DNA of 64,000 nt from Eledone cirrhosa (taxonomy: Eukaryota), in NCBI GenBank assembly GCA_964016885.1, contig OZ024741.1, forward strand, positions 17,732,001 through 17,796,000. Direction: 5' to 3'. The translations under genes were made by a program, and so were the position numbers. Shown here piece by piece: positions 38,101-51,146 of this stretch (its first letter is position 1; each line of letters opens with the position of its first letter). The notes beneath the pieces are model-generated. The model was not told the DNA's origin and did not search any database. It was given only the letters and a program-made list of their open reading frames with translations.

Positions 38101-39785
38101 GTTGTTATTGTTGCTATAATTCTTACTGTTGTTGTTACTGTTGTTTTTATAATTCTTACTGTTGTTGTTACTGTTGTTGTTACTGTTGTTATAATTCTTA
38201 CTGTTGTTGTTGCTGTTGTTGTTACTGTTGTTGTTACTGTTGTGGTTTCTGTTGTTGTTACTGTTGTTGTTACTGTTGTTGTTATAATTCTTACTGTTTT
38301 TGTTACTGTTGTTGTTACATTTGTTGTTATAATTCTTACTGTTTTTGTTACTGTTGTTGGTAATGTTGTTATAATTCTTACTGTTTTTGTTACTGTTGTT
38401 GTTACTGTTGCTATAATTCTTACTGTTGTTGTTACTGTTGTTGTTACAGTTGTTGTTATAATTCTTACTGTTTTTGTTACTGTTGTTGGTAATGTTGTTA
38501 TAATTCTTACTGTTTTTGTTACTGTTGTTGTTACAGTTGTTGTTATAATTCTTACTGTTTTTGTTACTGTTGTTGGTAATGTTGTTATAATTCTTACTGT
38601 TTTTGTTACTGTTGTTGTTACTGTTGTTGTTACTGTTGCTATAATTCTTACTGTTGTTGTTACTGTTGTTGTTACAGTTGTTGTTACTGTTGTTGTTACT
38701 GTTGTTGTTACTTTTGCTATAATTCTTACTGTTGTTGTTACTGTTGTTGTTACTGTTGCTATAATTCTTACTGTTGTTGTTACTTTTGCTATAATTCTTA
38801 CTGTTGTTGTTACTGTTGTTGTTACTGTTGTTGTTACTGTTGTTGTTACTGTTGTTGTTACTGTTGTTGTTACTGTTGTTGTCACTGTTGTTGTTACTGT
38901 TGTTGTTACTGTTGTTGTTACTGTTGCTATAATTCTTACTGTTGTTGTTACTGTTGTTATAATTCTTACTGTTGTTGTTACTGTTGTTGTTACTGTTGTT
39001 ATAATTCTTACTGTTGTTGTTACTGTTGTTGTTACTGTTGTTATAATTCTTACTGTTGTTGTTACTGTTGTTGTTACTGTTGCTATAATTCTTACAGTTG
39101 TTGTTACTGTTGCTGTTACTGTTGTGGTTTCTGTTATTATAATTCTTACTGTTGTTGTTACTGTTGTTGTTACTTTTGCTATAATTCTTACTGTTGTTGT
39201 TACTGTTGTTTATACTGTTGTTGTTACTGTTGTTGTTACTGTTGTTGTCACTGTTGTTGTTACTGTTGTTGTTACTGTTGCTATAATTCTTACTGTTGTT
39301 GTTACTGTTGTTGTTACTGTTGTTGTCACTGTTGTTGTTACTGTTGTTGTCACTGTTGTTGTTACTGTTGCTATAATTCTTACTGTTGTTGTTACTGTTG
39401 TTGTTACTGTTGTTGTTACTGTTGTTGTCACTGTTGTTGTTACTCTTGTTGTCACTGTTGTTGTTACTGTTGTTGTTACTGTTGCTATAATTCTTACTGT
39501 TGTTACTGTTGTTGTTACTGTTGTTGTTACTCTTGTTGTTACTCTTGTTGTCACTGTTGTTGTTACTGTTGTTGTTACTGTTGTTGTTACTGTTGTTGTT
39601 ACTGGTGTTGTTACTGTTGTTGTTACTGTTGTTGTTGTTACTGTTGTTGTTACTGTTGTTATAATTCTTACTGTTGTCGTCACTGTTGTTGTTACTGTTG
39701 TTGTTACTGTTGTTGTTACTGTTGTTGTTACTGTTGTTGTTACTGTTGTTATAATTCTTACTGTTGTCGTCACTGTTGTTGTTGA
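32160..39785. repeat. 7.6-kb compound satellite of ACTGTTGTTGTT and ACTGTTGYTATAATTCTT units
   Basis: Direct sequence. All unit lengths are multiples of 3. Confidence 0.97.
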
Positions 39786-39847
39786 TTAAATCCTGAGTCA
39801 TATTCCCAAATTAATCACTCAAAATTTAAAGGTCTGAATATGAAATG

Positions 39848-41133
39848 GTAGTGTTGGTAGTAGTTGCTATGCTGGTTGCGGTTGCCTTGCTGGTGGTGTT
39901 GGTGTTGGCGGGGTAGTTGTGGTGGTGGTGGTGGTTGGGGTGGTGGTGGTGGTGGTGTAGGTAGTCGTTGTTGTTATCGTTGTGTAATCCACGGGGTCGA
40001 GGTGATGGTGTATGTCTTTGGGGTTATGATGATGATGGTGCGTATGAGTGTGGTAATGGCGGTGCAGTGTTGTTGTTGTTGGTGGTGGTAGTAAGGCGAG
40101 TGGTGTGGGTTCAGTGCGTGTTACGTGACGGCGAATCCATCAAGGAAATAACAAGAATGACCCCTAATAAAGAGCGTCATGAGTTCGACAGACATCTCTG
40201 CCATCACCACCACCACCACCTCACCACCTCCACCTAGCACCACCTCCACCATCACATCACCACTACCACATCACCACCACCACCACCACATCACCACCAC
40301 CATCACCTCTACATCACCACCACCACCATCACCACATCACCACCACCTCTACCTACCATCTCTGCCATCACCACTCCACCATATATCATCATAATATTCC
40401 AGCATTACAACTACCACAACATCACCACCTCCACCTACCACAACCACCACATGCCACCACCACCACATCACCATCACATCACAACCACCACCACCACCAC
40501 CACCACCACCACATCACCACCACCACATCACCACCACCACCACATCATCACTACATCACCACCACCACCACAACCACCACATCACCACCACCACATCACC
40601 GCCCTCACCCCCACCACAACCACCACCACATAACCTCCACCACCACCACCACCACCGCCACCACCACCACCACCACCACCACCGCATCACCACCACCACA
40701 TCACAACACCCCTCCACACCACATAACCACCACCACATCACAACCATCACCACCACATCACCACCTCCACCTACCACAACCAGCACATCACCACCATCAC
40801 AACGACCACCACATCACCACCACCACATCACCACTACCACCACCATCACATCACCACCTCCACCTACAACAACCACCACATCACCACCACCACATCACCA
40901 CTACCACTACCACCACCAACACCACATCACCACCACATCACCACCACCACCACAACCACATCACCACCACCACATCAACACCACATCACCCCCACCACAT
41001 CACCTCCACCACCACCACCACCACCACCACCACATCACCACCGTCACCACCACCACCACCACCACCACCACCACCACCACCACAACCATAACCACCACCA
41101 CCACCACCACCACCAGCACCACCACATCACCAC
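39848..41133. repeat. (GGT)-rich then (CAC/CAT)-rich low-complexity tracts around a ~100-bp unique spacer
   Basis: Direct sequence. Confidence 0.9.
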
Positions 41134-41139
41134 CAGGTG

Positions 41140-42452
41140 TGTGTTGTAGTTGTATATATAACTGTTGTGTATGTATGTGTATGTATGTGTATACCAGTTG
41201 TGTGTGCTGTAGTTGTATATATAACTGTTATGTGTATGTCATAGTTGTTATATATAACTGTTATGTGTATGTCATAGTTGTTATATATAACTGTTTTGTG
41301 TATGTCGTAGTTATATACAACTGTTGTGTGTATGTCATAGTTATATATAACTGTTGTGTGTATGTCATAGTTGTTATATATAAATGTTGTGTGTATGTCA
41401 TATTTGTTATATACAACTGTTATGTGTGTCATAGTTGTTATATACAACTGTTGTGTGTATGTCATAGTTATATATAACTGTTGTGTGTATGTCATAGTTG
41501 TTACATATTACTGTTGTGTGTATGTCATAGTTATATATAACTGTTGTGTGTATGTCATAGTTGTTATATATAACTGTTGTGTGTATGTCATAGTTGTTAT
41601 AAACAACTGTTGTGTGTATGTCATAGTTGTTATATATAAGTGTTGTGTGTATGTCATAGTTGTTATATATAACTGTTGTGTGTATGTCGAAGTTATATAT
41701 AACTGTTGTGTGTATGTCATAGTTATATATAACTGTTGTGTGTATGTCATAGTTATATATAACTGTTGTGTGTATGTCATAGTTATATATAACTGTTGTG
41801 TGTATGTCATAGTTGTTATATATAACTGTTGTGTGTATGTCATAGTTGTTATATATAACTGTTGTGTGTATGTCATAGTTGTTATATATAACTGTTGTGT
41901 GTATGTCATACTTGTTATATATAACTGTTGTGTGTATGTCATAGTTGTTATATATAACTGTTATGTGTATGTCATAGTTATATATAACTGTTGTGTGTAT
42001 GTCATAGTTGTTATAAATTACTGTTGTGTGTATGCCATAGTTATATATAACTGTTGTGTGTATGTCATAGTTGTTATATATAACTGTTGTGTGTATGTCA
42101 TAGTTGTTATATATAACTGTTGTGTGTATGTCATAGTTGTTATATATAACTGTTGTGTGTATGTCATAGTTGTTATATACAACTGTTGTGTGTATGTCAT
42201 AGTTGTTATATATAACTGTTGTGTGTATGTCATAGTTGTTATATATAACTGTTGTGTGTATGTCATAGTTGTTATATATAACTGTTACGTGTATGTCATA
42301 GTTATATATAACTGTTGTGTGTATGTCATAGTTGTTATATATAACTGTTGTGTGTATGTCATAGTTGTTATATACAACTGTTATGTGTATGTCATAGTTG
42401 TTATATATAACTGTTGTGTGTATCTTATAGTTGTTATATATAACTGTTGTGT
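41140..42452. repeat. 30/33-bp minisatellite AACTGTTGTGTGTATGTCATAGTT(GTT)ATATAT
   Basis: About 40 tandem units. Confidence 0.95.
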
Positions 42453-42720
42453 TACAAAACAGAGGTGGGGTTTACATTGAAATGAAAAACAAAACAATAC
42501 TAAATGATAAAAATAAATAAATAATCGATGAAGTTTTCACTAAATCTGAAATTAGAAATATATAAAAGAGAAAGTCTTGCTTCTCTTCCATCAAATATGG
42601 CTGCCATGAATAGCTGCATCTGAACTGCCCCCTATTTTATGACTAAACAGTTAAACGAAAATAGTGTTTTTAAAATAACTTGGTTCAACTCAACTCTTAG
42701 CTTGAATGTATCGTGTAAGT

Positions 42721-43067
42721 CAGGTATGTTCAACCTTTTTCGAGCAGTGAGTCACATAAGATGTGGTTCATCATAAGGTGAGCCACATAGGATGTAGTTC
42801 ACCATAAGGTGGGCCACATATGATATGGCCCATCATAAGGTGTGCCACACAGGATGTGGCTCATTATAATGTGAACCACATAGGATGTGGCTCATAATAA
42901 GAGGGGCCACATAGGATGTCGCTCATAATAAGAGGGGACACATAGGATGTGGGTCATCATAAGGTGGGTAATTATAATGTGGGCCGTACAACTAAAACCA
43001 TCGAGGTGATTTTGAAATTAGGTGTGCCATTCAGAAAGCCAAACAGGCCGCAGTTTGTCCATGACTG
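42721..43067. mobile_element. Degenerate hAT (Charlie-like) MITE with internal 29-bp tandem repeats
   Basis: Termini CAGGTATGTTCAACC / GTTTGTCCATGACTG. 8-bp flanks gtgtaagt / gtctaagg. About 7 copies of ccacataggatgtggctcat. Confidence 0.65.
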
Positions 43068-43399
43068 GTCTAAGGCATCCATAATCTTCTTCTAGAAATG
43101 ATTCGAAATATTTCACCCTCATCTATAAATATGATAAGATAAATTTTCAATAAGATTAACTCCAAAGTTAACTATATGTCGATGTTTAGTATGGCTCAAC
43201 AGACAATAAGTCCATTGACACAGATAAAATGGTCTAACCACTATCCGAATATAATCCTTTTTAGTTAATATACGTCTCGTTAAATTTCTCAAAGAGATCT
43301 CAACAAGCTTCTAGTGTGTCGAGATAAACTATTTTTAAAATAATTATTATTCGGTTCACAGAAACTATATTAAAAGACAAATACATGTAAGATAGTGAA

Positions 43400-43510
43400 G
43401 GCGTGTAGTTGAGTGGTTAGAGAATTGGATTTACAATCTTGTGGCTGTGAGTTCGATTCCTGGACCGCGCGATGCGTTATATCCTTGAGCAAGACACTTT
43501 ATTTCACGAT
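43400..43510 (+). mobile_element. tRNA-derived SINE head (second family)
   Basis: TAGTTGAGTGG A-box, GAGTTCGATTCC B-box, tccttgagcaagacacttta. Confidence 0.65.
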
Positions 43511-43794
43511 AGATAGATAGTACTAGCAACTGGAAGGGCCGACGGAAACAGTGTTTCCTCGGTCCGATTTGACGAAAGTCGATCGATACTTTTTACATGT
43601 AAGATGTCCGCTTCTTGCAAAATTAAAGAAACACTTATTTCAAATCTTTATCTGAACATATTAAGCTCCTCATTCAAAGAAAACAGCACTGATGAAGGAA
43701 CAACAAGGTGACCGATGGATCAAGAAGATTATACCTTCTTTATCTGAAAAATCAAAACATTTATATAAAACCTGTCAATATTTTTCATAATAAT

Positions 43795-43918
43795 AATGTT
43801 TCTAATTTTAGCACAATGCCAGCAATTACCCCAGTGCATTACTGATACTTTATTTTATCGACCCTGTAAGGATAAAAGGCAAAGTTAACCTCGGCGGGAT
43901 TTGAACTCAGAACGTAAA
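43795..43918 (-). mobile_element. SINE, 5'-truncated
   Basis: Same core as 24189-24398. Confidence 0.85.
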
Positions 43919-44299
43919 ATGATAATAGGCGCTACAAAGAAAGCTTTAAGCGATACTCTGACCAACTCCAAGGAACTTCAAACATCACTGGTGACAACTC
44001 GCTATATTATACTAAAAGAAGAGAAATAAATAAAGAAATATATAGAAATATGTATTTTTGTAAATAAGACAATAGAATCGTGTGGAAATGGAAGCACCAA
44101 TTGAAACATAAGTTTTAAATCTCCGAAGCCGTTTATGAAAGTATTGAAGAAGACAAGAAAACACACTTCGATCTTCCGACGTGGAAGAGGCTCCTATCAG
44201 AAGAAACCGTCACCGAATCATTATTTTTCTTACCTGTTGTACAAACCTGGTTGGACACAGAACACTGCACAAACATTCTAATAGTTCTATAGAGTTATG

Positions 44300-44815
44300 A
44301 AATAATTGTTTCTACTTAAGGCACAAGGCCAGCAATTATCCAGGGCATTACTGGTACTTTATTTTATCGACCCCGTAAGGATGAAAGGCAAAGTCAACCT
44401 CGGCAGGATTTGAACTCAGATCGTAAAGGGACGTAACTATACTGGAAAGCATGGCGTCCGACCCTCTATGAAATAATTGTTTCTACTTTGGCACAAGGCC
44501 ACCAATTACTCAGTGCATTACTGGTACGTTATTTTATCGACCCTGTAAGGATGAAAGGCAAAGTTAACCTTGGCGGGATTTGAACTCAGACCATAAAGGG
44601 CCGTAACTCTCTATGAAATTATTGTTTCTACTTTTGGCACAAGTCCAGCAATTATCCAGTGCATTACTGGTACTTTATTTTATCGACCCCGTAAGGGTCA
44701 AAGGCAAAGTCAACCTCGGCGGGATTTGAACTCAGATCGTAAAGGGACGTAACTATGCAGGAAAGCATGGCTTCCGACCCTCTACCGATACGGCCAATCC
44801 ACCGCCAATCCAACT
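44300..44815 (-). mobile_element. Three head-to-tail SINE copies
   Basis: Core repeated three times, separated by ctctatgaaa. Confidence 0.9.
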
Positions 44816-45133
44816 CTCTATGAAATAATACATATGAATAAGCCATAGATGACGAACATCATTAAGTAATGTCAGTTTCATGAGGAGATAAAACGCCTCC
44901 ATCCTTTTGAAGGGGAGAGAGAAGAGAAAAAAAAAAAAAAAAAAATTAGTATAAATCCTGGAAAATTGTAAGTCGGATATTGGAAAAAAAAAAAAAAATC
45001 ACAAGGGATTGACACTCCAAATTCACTATTTTCCTTTTACTTTGCTCCACTTTTCAAATTAAATGACACGACGGTTCAGTTATATTCAAATATTGTAAGC
45101 GCGTCCATTGAGAATATCGTCTTTGACAAACTG

Positions 45134-48100
45134 CTCAGTTGCTCGCATGTGTGCGTGCTGAATTCTGGGTCTTTCCGCTGGGAACAACCCCTTGTTTCTC
45201 CCCCCCTCCCTTCCCTTTTTTTGTGTACATCCATCCATTCACTCATTCATTTACTGCCATTCTACCTTCCTGTGTCTCCCCCTCCATGCAGCCCCTTTTC
45301 GCTCCCGTTTTCTGGCACCTCCATATATATAGGTGAGCTATGCTGCCCTCTTACCAGCACTTTCCCTTCCAACCACACACACCAGCCACCCACCCCTGAT
45401 GCAGTTCGGTGCCCCAGTCCCCGGCCCCACGCCCCACTCCTCCAAATCGATACCTGCAGCAATTGCGGCACTAGTAACAAACGGAAGAGGGGCCGGAACT
45501 GTTTGGGGTGCGGCTGCTTCCACCACCTCACCTGCGTTGGCTTGACTCGTCGAGCTTCCAATGCCCTCGCAGCGTGGAGGTGCAGGAGCTGCCTCTTCCC
45601 CACGTCTTCCCAACCACGGCCGTATGGCACACCACCAGATGGGACAGCGAGCTTGCCTGACGCCCGAGCCTCGCTGGTCAACATCGCTCGGCTCAGGCGA
45701 CTCCGGAAGATCCCACTCAGGATCCCGAGAGCGGCACGGGTGCCGGTAGCCGATGCCCTCGCTTCCTCGATTGAGAGTGCCCTGAACTCCAATCGAGTGA
45801 GTGACTGGGAGCGGATGTTCTATTTCGCCCCACTCGCCCTCGGTCTCCCCAGCTCTGGCGCTGACCGGGACGGCCGGTCAAAAGCAGCCTTCGTCAAGGC
45901 CAATGTCTCGTCATTTGGGCGAGCGCCAATTCCAAGCGTACCCAGGGACGTCACACACCCCACCCTTAGGTACCCCCTATCCTCCACCCCCGAGGCCAGC
46001 GCCAAGCGCTTGCGTGACCAGGTAAACGCAAAGCTTATCATGGGTGATGTCTCGGCCGCAATCAGAGTTGTTGCCTCAGAGGACACTGTCCTCCAACCCA
46101 CCGAGGAGATCCTGGCTGCTCTGCGGCTCAAACACCCTGAGCCACCCACTGATCTCAGACCCATACCCCCACCCGACCCCCACCTGCTCCTTGTGGCTAC
46201 TGATGCAGATATCATGTCCGCCATCAGGTCCTTCCCAGCTAGCAGCTGCGGAGGTGTTGATAGTCTCCGACCAGGCCACCTCAAGGAGTTGACATCCCCC
46301 GCCTTCTGAGTGCAATTGTGGCGCTCACCAATAGGCTCATTCATGGTGCCCTCGACCCTTACGCCCGAGGCCTTTTTTTTTCGGCCAGCCTCACCGCTCT
46401 TAGGAAGAAAGAGGGTGGCTGTGGGCAATGTCTTCCGGAGGCTAGCTGCCAAGGTGATCTGCAAGTCCGTCACACACGAACTGCGTGAGGAGTTTAGTCC
46501 GGTGCAACTGGGTGTCGGCGTGTCCGGTGGCTGTGAGGGAGCCTCTCATGCAATCAGGCAGTTCTTCAGCAGCTGCCAATCGGTATCGGCATCCAGGGAC
46601 TCCAGGCACCTCATTGTCAAGCTTGACATGAGGAATGCCTTTAACTCTTTACGTCGGGATCATCTGCTCGAGGCCTGCCTCAGCCGAGCCTCCTCTGCAT
46701 ACCCGCTGGCCTACCTGTCATATGGAGCCCCGAGCATGCTCCTAGCTGCTGATACGGTCATACCCTAGGTTACTGGGGTCCAACAGGGCGACCCTTTGGG
46801 ACCCCTCCTCTTCGCCCTTGGTATTGACCACATCGCCCGGAGTATCACGGCCCCTCTCAACGTTTGGTATCTGGATGATGCTACGTTGGGCGGGCCCGTA
46901 CGGACGGTCTGCCAAGACCTTCAATCGATCATTCCTGCCCTGGCGGGAATCGGCCTCCAGGACAACTCGGCCAAGTTGGAGGTGGTGAACGTCAGCCTCG
47001 ATGCTGTGAGCTTTGAAGCCTCCGTCTTGGACGTGCGGTCCCTCCTCCGCCAGGTTCAGGTGACCCCCCAAAGAGGATGTCCTCATCCGCGGGTCACCAA
47101 TCCACCCGCCGGCCATCCGCTCCACCATCAAGTCCAGGTTTCAACAGCTCCAGACTCTCACGAGCTGACTGGGCTTGATTGACGGCCACCCAGCTCTCTT
47201 TCTGCTGAGGAACTGCTTCGCCATGCCGAAGCTCCTCTATACACTCCGCAGCGCTCCGTGCTACACCCAGACATCTCTCCTAGCTGACCTCGATATTTGT
47301 ATCCGAGCAGCAGCCGAGGGGATATGCAACGTCAAGTTTGACGACATAGGGTGGCAACAGGCCACTTTACCGGTCAGGTATGGCGGCCTAGGCCTCCGGT
47401 CCCCGATCTCACTAGCTTTGCCGGCGTATCTTTCGTCGTTAACCTCGTGCCGCGTCCTCGTCAGCAGGGTTCTTCAAAACACAACAGAACCCTCTGTGTT
47501 CAGAGAACGTGAGGCTGCCTGTGAAACGTGAGACCGGCTGAGACTTAGCCCAGTAGATGTCCCTCCTCCTTCTCCCTCTGTTGACGTCAAGTCCCCCCAA
47601 CGCACTTGGGATACCATCCAGTGCAGCCTGGCCTCAGACAAGCTCACGCGCCAGCTCGACCAGCACCGCCTTGCTTGTTTTCGTGCGGCCTCCAAACCCC
47701 ACAGTGGTGCCTGGCTCCATGCTCTGCCCGCCTTCTCCACTGGCACGCAGCTAGACAACCATAGCCTGCGAATCGGCGTTTCCCTGAGGCTCGGCCTCCG
47801 GATCTGCCAGCCACACCAATGTCGCTGCGGTTCCATCGTGGATTCTTTCGGACTCCACCCGCTTTCCTGTCGCCACAGTGCCGGCCGCATTCCACGCCAA
47901 ACTGCCCTCAACGAGGTCATAAAGTATGGCTTGGAAGTTGCAGGCTTCTCTTCCCAGCTCGAGCCTGGGGCTGGATCGAGGGGACGGCAAAAGGTCAGAT
48001 GGCATGACCATCTTCCCATTCCGAGGTGGCAAACCCCTCGTCTGGGATGCCACTTGCACCGACACTTTCTGCAGCTGCAACCTGGTGCAGTCTGCGACTG

Positions 48101-48430
48101 ACCCAGGTTCTGCTGCACGTCGGACTGAGGGGGCCAAACTCCTCAAATACCGGTCGCTCTCCGACAGGTTTGCGGTCGTTCCGCTGGCAGTGGAAACTTC
48201 TGGCATCCTCGGCACCAGGGCTACCTCCTTACTCACCACCAGAGTTTCTGAGCTGGCCAGCCGTAGGTGTGAGCCCCGCGAGTTGGAGTGGCTTTTCCAG
48301 CGCGTCTCCCTTGCCGTCCTCCGGGGAAACGCCTTCTCCATTCTGTCCGCCGGGGCTGTGGGTGGGCCCCATCGCGTACCATTACGTTAGTTAAATACCA
48401 TTCTTTCTCACTGCTACATTATAGTTGTTA
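45134..48430 (+). mobile_element. CRE-clade LINE, disrupted: PHD finger, RT, zinc finger and REL endonuclease
   Basis: C4HC3 motif in 45149-46309, RIPRAAR, AVGNVFRRL, QLGVG..GGCE, KLDMRNAFN, QQGDPLGPLLF, WYLDD, LPVRYGGLG, DGKRSDG..W.D.T..K..KY..PLAVETSG. Confidence 0.9.
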
Positions 48431-48509
48431 TAAAAGAAGTATGTTTAGAAAGCGGTAAGCGGAGTTTGAAATGAAATAGAAGACTTCGGCATAACTTTTC
48501 TTTTACTAA

Positions 48510-48703
48510 TAATTTTTTCTACTTTTTGTACAAGGCCAGCAATTATCCCAGTGCATTACTGGTACTTTATTTTATCGACCCTGTAAAATTGAAAGGCAAA
48601 ATTAACATCGGCGAGATTTGAACTCAGACCGTAAAAGACTGTAACTCTATGCTGCAAAGCATGGTGTCCGACCCTTTACCGATACTGCCAATCCACCGCC
48701 CTT
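48510..48703 (-). mobile_element. SINE between ~80-bp direct repeats
   Basis: Core motif. Repeats at 48432-48511 and 48721-48800. Confidence 0.85.
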
Positions 48704-48911
48704 AATGTAGAATAATAATGAAAGAAGTATGTTTAGAAAGCAGTGAGCGGAGTTTGAAATGAAATAGAAGACTTCGTCATAACTTTTCTTTTACTAATAA
48801 TAACGGGGCCTATAAATTCACATTGGTGTCTATATTTTCACATTCAGTGATTTTAAACACCTCGGTATTATGAAACTAAAGTTATGGCGAAGACTTCTAT
48901 TTCAGTTTTCA

Positions 48912-49132
48912 TAATGGTTTCTTATATAGGCACAAGGCCAGCAATTTTGGGGGAGGGGAAAGTCGAATAAATTGACCCCAGTGCGTGACTGGTACTTTAT
49001 TTTATCGACCCAGTAAGGATGAAAGGCAAAGTTAACCTCGGTGGGATTTGAACTCAGATCATAAAGGGCCGTAACTCTATGCTGCAAAGCATAGTGTCCG
49101 ACCATCTACCGATATTGTCAATCCACCGCCCT
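48912..49132 (-). mobile_element. SINE, full length
   Basis: Core motif with 5' GGGCGGTGG. Flanks agttttcataat on both sides. Confidence 0.9.
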
Positions 49133-49612
49133 TTCATAGTTTTCATAATAATAATAAAGGTTTCTTCTGATTTAGGCACAAGGCCAATAAATTTCCGCCG
49201 GGGCGGCCAGCTCGTGGGTCCCCCATTTGCTTATAATGGTGAGAGATGTGGAGGCAGTCAATATAAAATCTATCATATCCTGATTGATATTATTATCCGT
49301 TTGTCTATTCAAGTAAAAAAGGAAATGTATACCCCATATGAACACGGGTAGAGTGCTAGTATAATTGGCCTGTGACGTTAACAAGGAAGCTATGACAAGT
49401 AACTTTTGTGTCTATGTGTAGAATAAAAAATGTTGGAAATATGTCTGTTGAATGACAGTTGTATGGAATGTGGAATGTTATTTATTCTACGATATGTATC
49501 AAGAGTGTATTGAGTACATACTTTATCGCTTTTCTACAGACACGCACTCACATTCACATACATACTTACATACAAATATGTGTATATATATATATATACA
49601 TATACATGTATG

Positions 49613-49685
<73 letters not shown>

Positions 49686-49768
49686 ATGTTGAGACAGTAA
49701 AGAGAAACGAAAAGAAGGTGGAAGCGACGAAGAGGCAGTACAAATGTTATTATTAGTTTCACGCTTGA

Positions 49769-49946
49769 ATTGGCAGTATCAGTAGAGGTCGGACGCCATG
49801 TTTTGTAGCAAAGATTTACGGCCCTTTATGGTCTGAGTTCAAATCCCGCCGTGGTTAACTTTGCCTTTCATTCTTACGGGGTCGATAAAATAAAGTACCA
49901 GTAATACACTGTGATAATTGCTGGCCTTGTGCCAAAAGTAGAAACA
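49769..49946 (+). mobile_element. SINE with 20-bp TSD inserted in a family I hammerhead element
   Basis: attattagtttcacgcttga at 49749 and 49947. Confidence 0.9.
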
Positions 49947-49983
49947 ATTATTAGTTTCACGCTTGAGAGTGAGGGGTGGGGAA

Positions 49984-50014
49984 CGACGTTTCGGGCATAA
50001 GCCCTTCATCAGGA
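49984..50014 (-). ncRNA. Minimal hammerhead core (family I), stem I not evident
   Basis: CUGAUGA AGGGC-UUAU-GCCC GAAACGUC. Homologous element at 60450-61180. Confidence 0.6.
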
Positions 50015-50300
50015 GAAAAGTGGGCAGGAAGGGATGAGAGTTCCGAGGGTGTGTGGGGAGTGGTGGAAAGACATTAAAAAAATTATTTTAAAAAGGGGGG
50101 ATGAGAAACGGGAGGAAGAGGAAGTTTTTGGAGAATAAAAACATTAAAAATAAAAGAAACAAGTGGTGAAAGGGTGTGAGGCGTGTAGGGGTGGTGGTGG
50201 GTGGAGGAGGTGGAGAGGGGTGAGGGAGACGGGGGTTCGAGCGGGGAGGGCTGAAGGTGGTATGTGTGTATGTGTGTAGGTTTACGTGTGTGTATGTGTG

Positions 50301-50383
<83 letters not shown>

Positions 50384-50522
50384 ATATGTGGCGTGGTGCG
50401 AAAATAGTGTAAGTGTTTGTGTGTGTTGGTGGGCTTTTTCCACGGAGTGTGTGATCAGTTGTTGGAGATTCTGGTTGTGGCAGGATATATAGCTGGAGCG
50501 ATATATATATATATATATATAC

Positions 50523-50555
<33 letters not shown>

Positions 50556-50558
50556 TGT

Positions 50559-51132
50559 CAGGTCACCTTTTGTGCTACTGGTAACATGTATGCGAGTACA
50601 ACCTGCCTCATGGTCGGGTCGTTGCCGACTAAACTGGCAACCCCAGCAAGGTTTCTTGGTGAGGAGGGTGACTTTGGACATCCTGCAGGACTAAAAACAA
50701 AACCTGTCAAAGGGTAAAGGAGCTCTTAAGAGTCAATGGCCATCCAAAATCACTGGGAGAGATGACCCCTTAGCCTTTGTCAAGGCAGAATTCTAGGAGA
50801 AGTAAAACTCTGATATAACACCTGCAACCCTGATGGTATCCAATGATGTTGACTTGTTCTTCTTTTTGGTAAATATCATCTTGGTTAAGAGAGTGGGACT
50901 GGCTTTGTGCAGTGCCTTTTCTCACTATAAAAGCTTCACGGCACAGGCATTGCTTTATATTTGGAGATCTCTCTGCACTTGTCGTCACATGGTACCATGT
51001 GTCAATAATTGTCACAAGTGTAGTGTTTGTACCCGTTTTCAAGTCGCTGGCTGGACTAAAAAGTCATCGGTAGAGGTTCTCCTACATGGATATAAAGTAG
51101 TGGCCGTACTCGAAAACGAGTTGGCAGCCACC
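50559..51132 (+). mobile_element. ~575-bp (TATG)n-flanked non-coding retroposon
   Basis: (TATG)n on both sides. 3' stem-loop ACTCG-AAAA-CGAGT. Confidence 0.9.
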
Positions 51133-51146
51133 ATGTATGTATGTAT

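Noticed and set aside
32419-39789. 2456-aa Val-rich ORF and the Asn-rich and Thr-rich antisense ORFs
   Set aside because: The codons used (GTT, ACT, ATA, ATT, CTT) cannot become stops by a single substitution and the units are multiples of 3, so long open frames are expected
41371-42480. Cys/Tyr-rich YNCCVYVIV repeat ORF
   Set aside because: Minisatellite translation with no start context, signal peptide or splice evidence
42760-42970. 29-bp repeats resembling a CRISPR array
   Set aside because: Contiguous tandem units with no spacers, inside a MITE, in eukaryotic context
43400-43472. tRNA gene (also 25488-25562)
   Set aside because: No intact cloverleaf. Better explained as SINE heads
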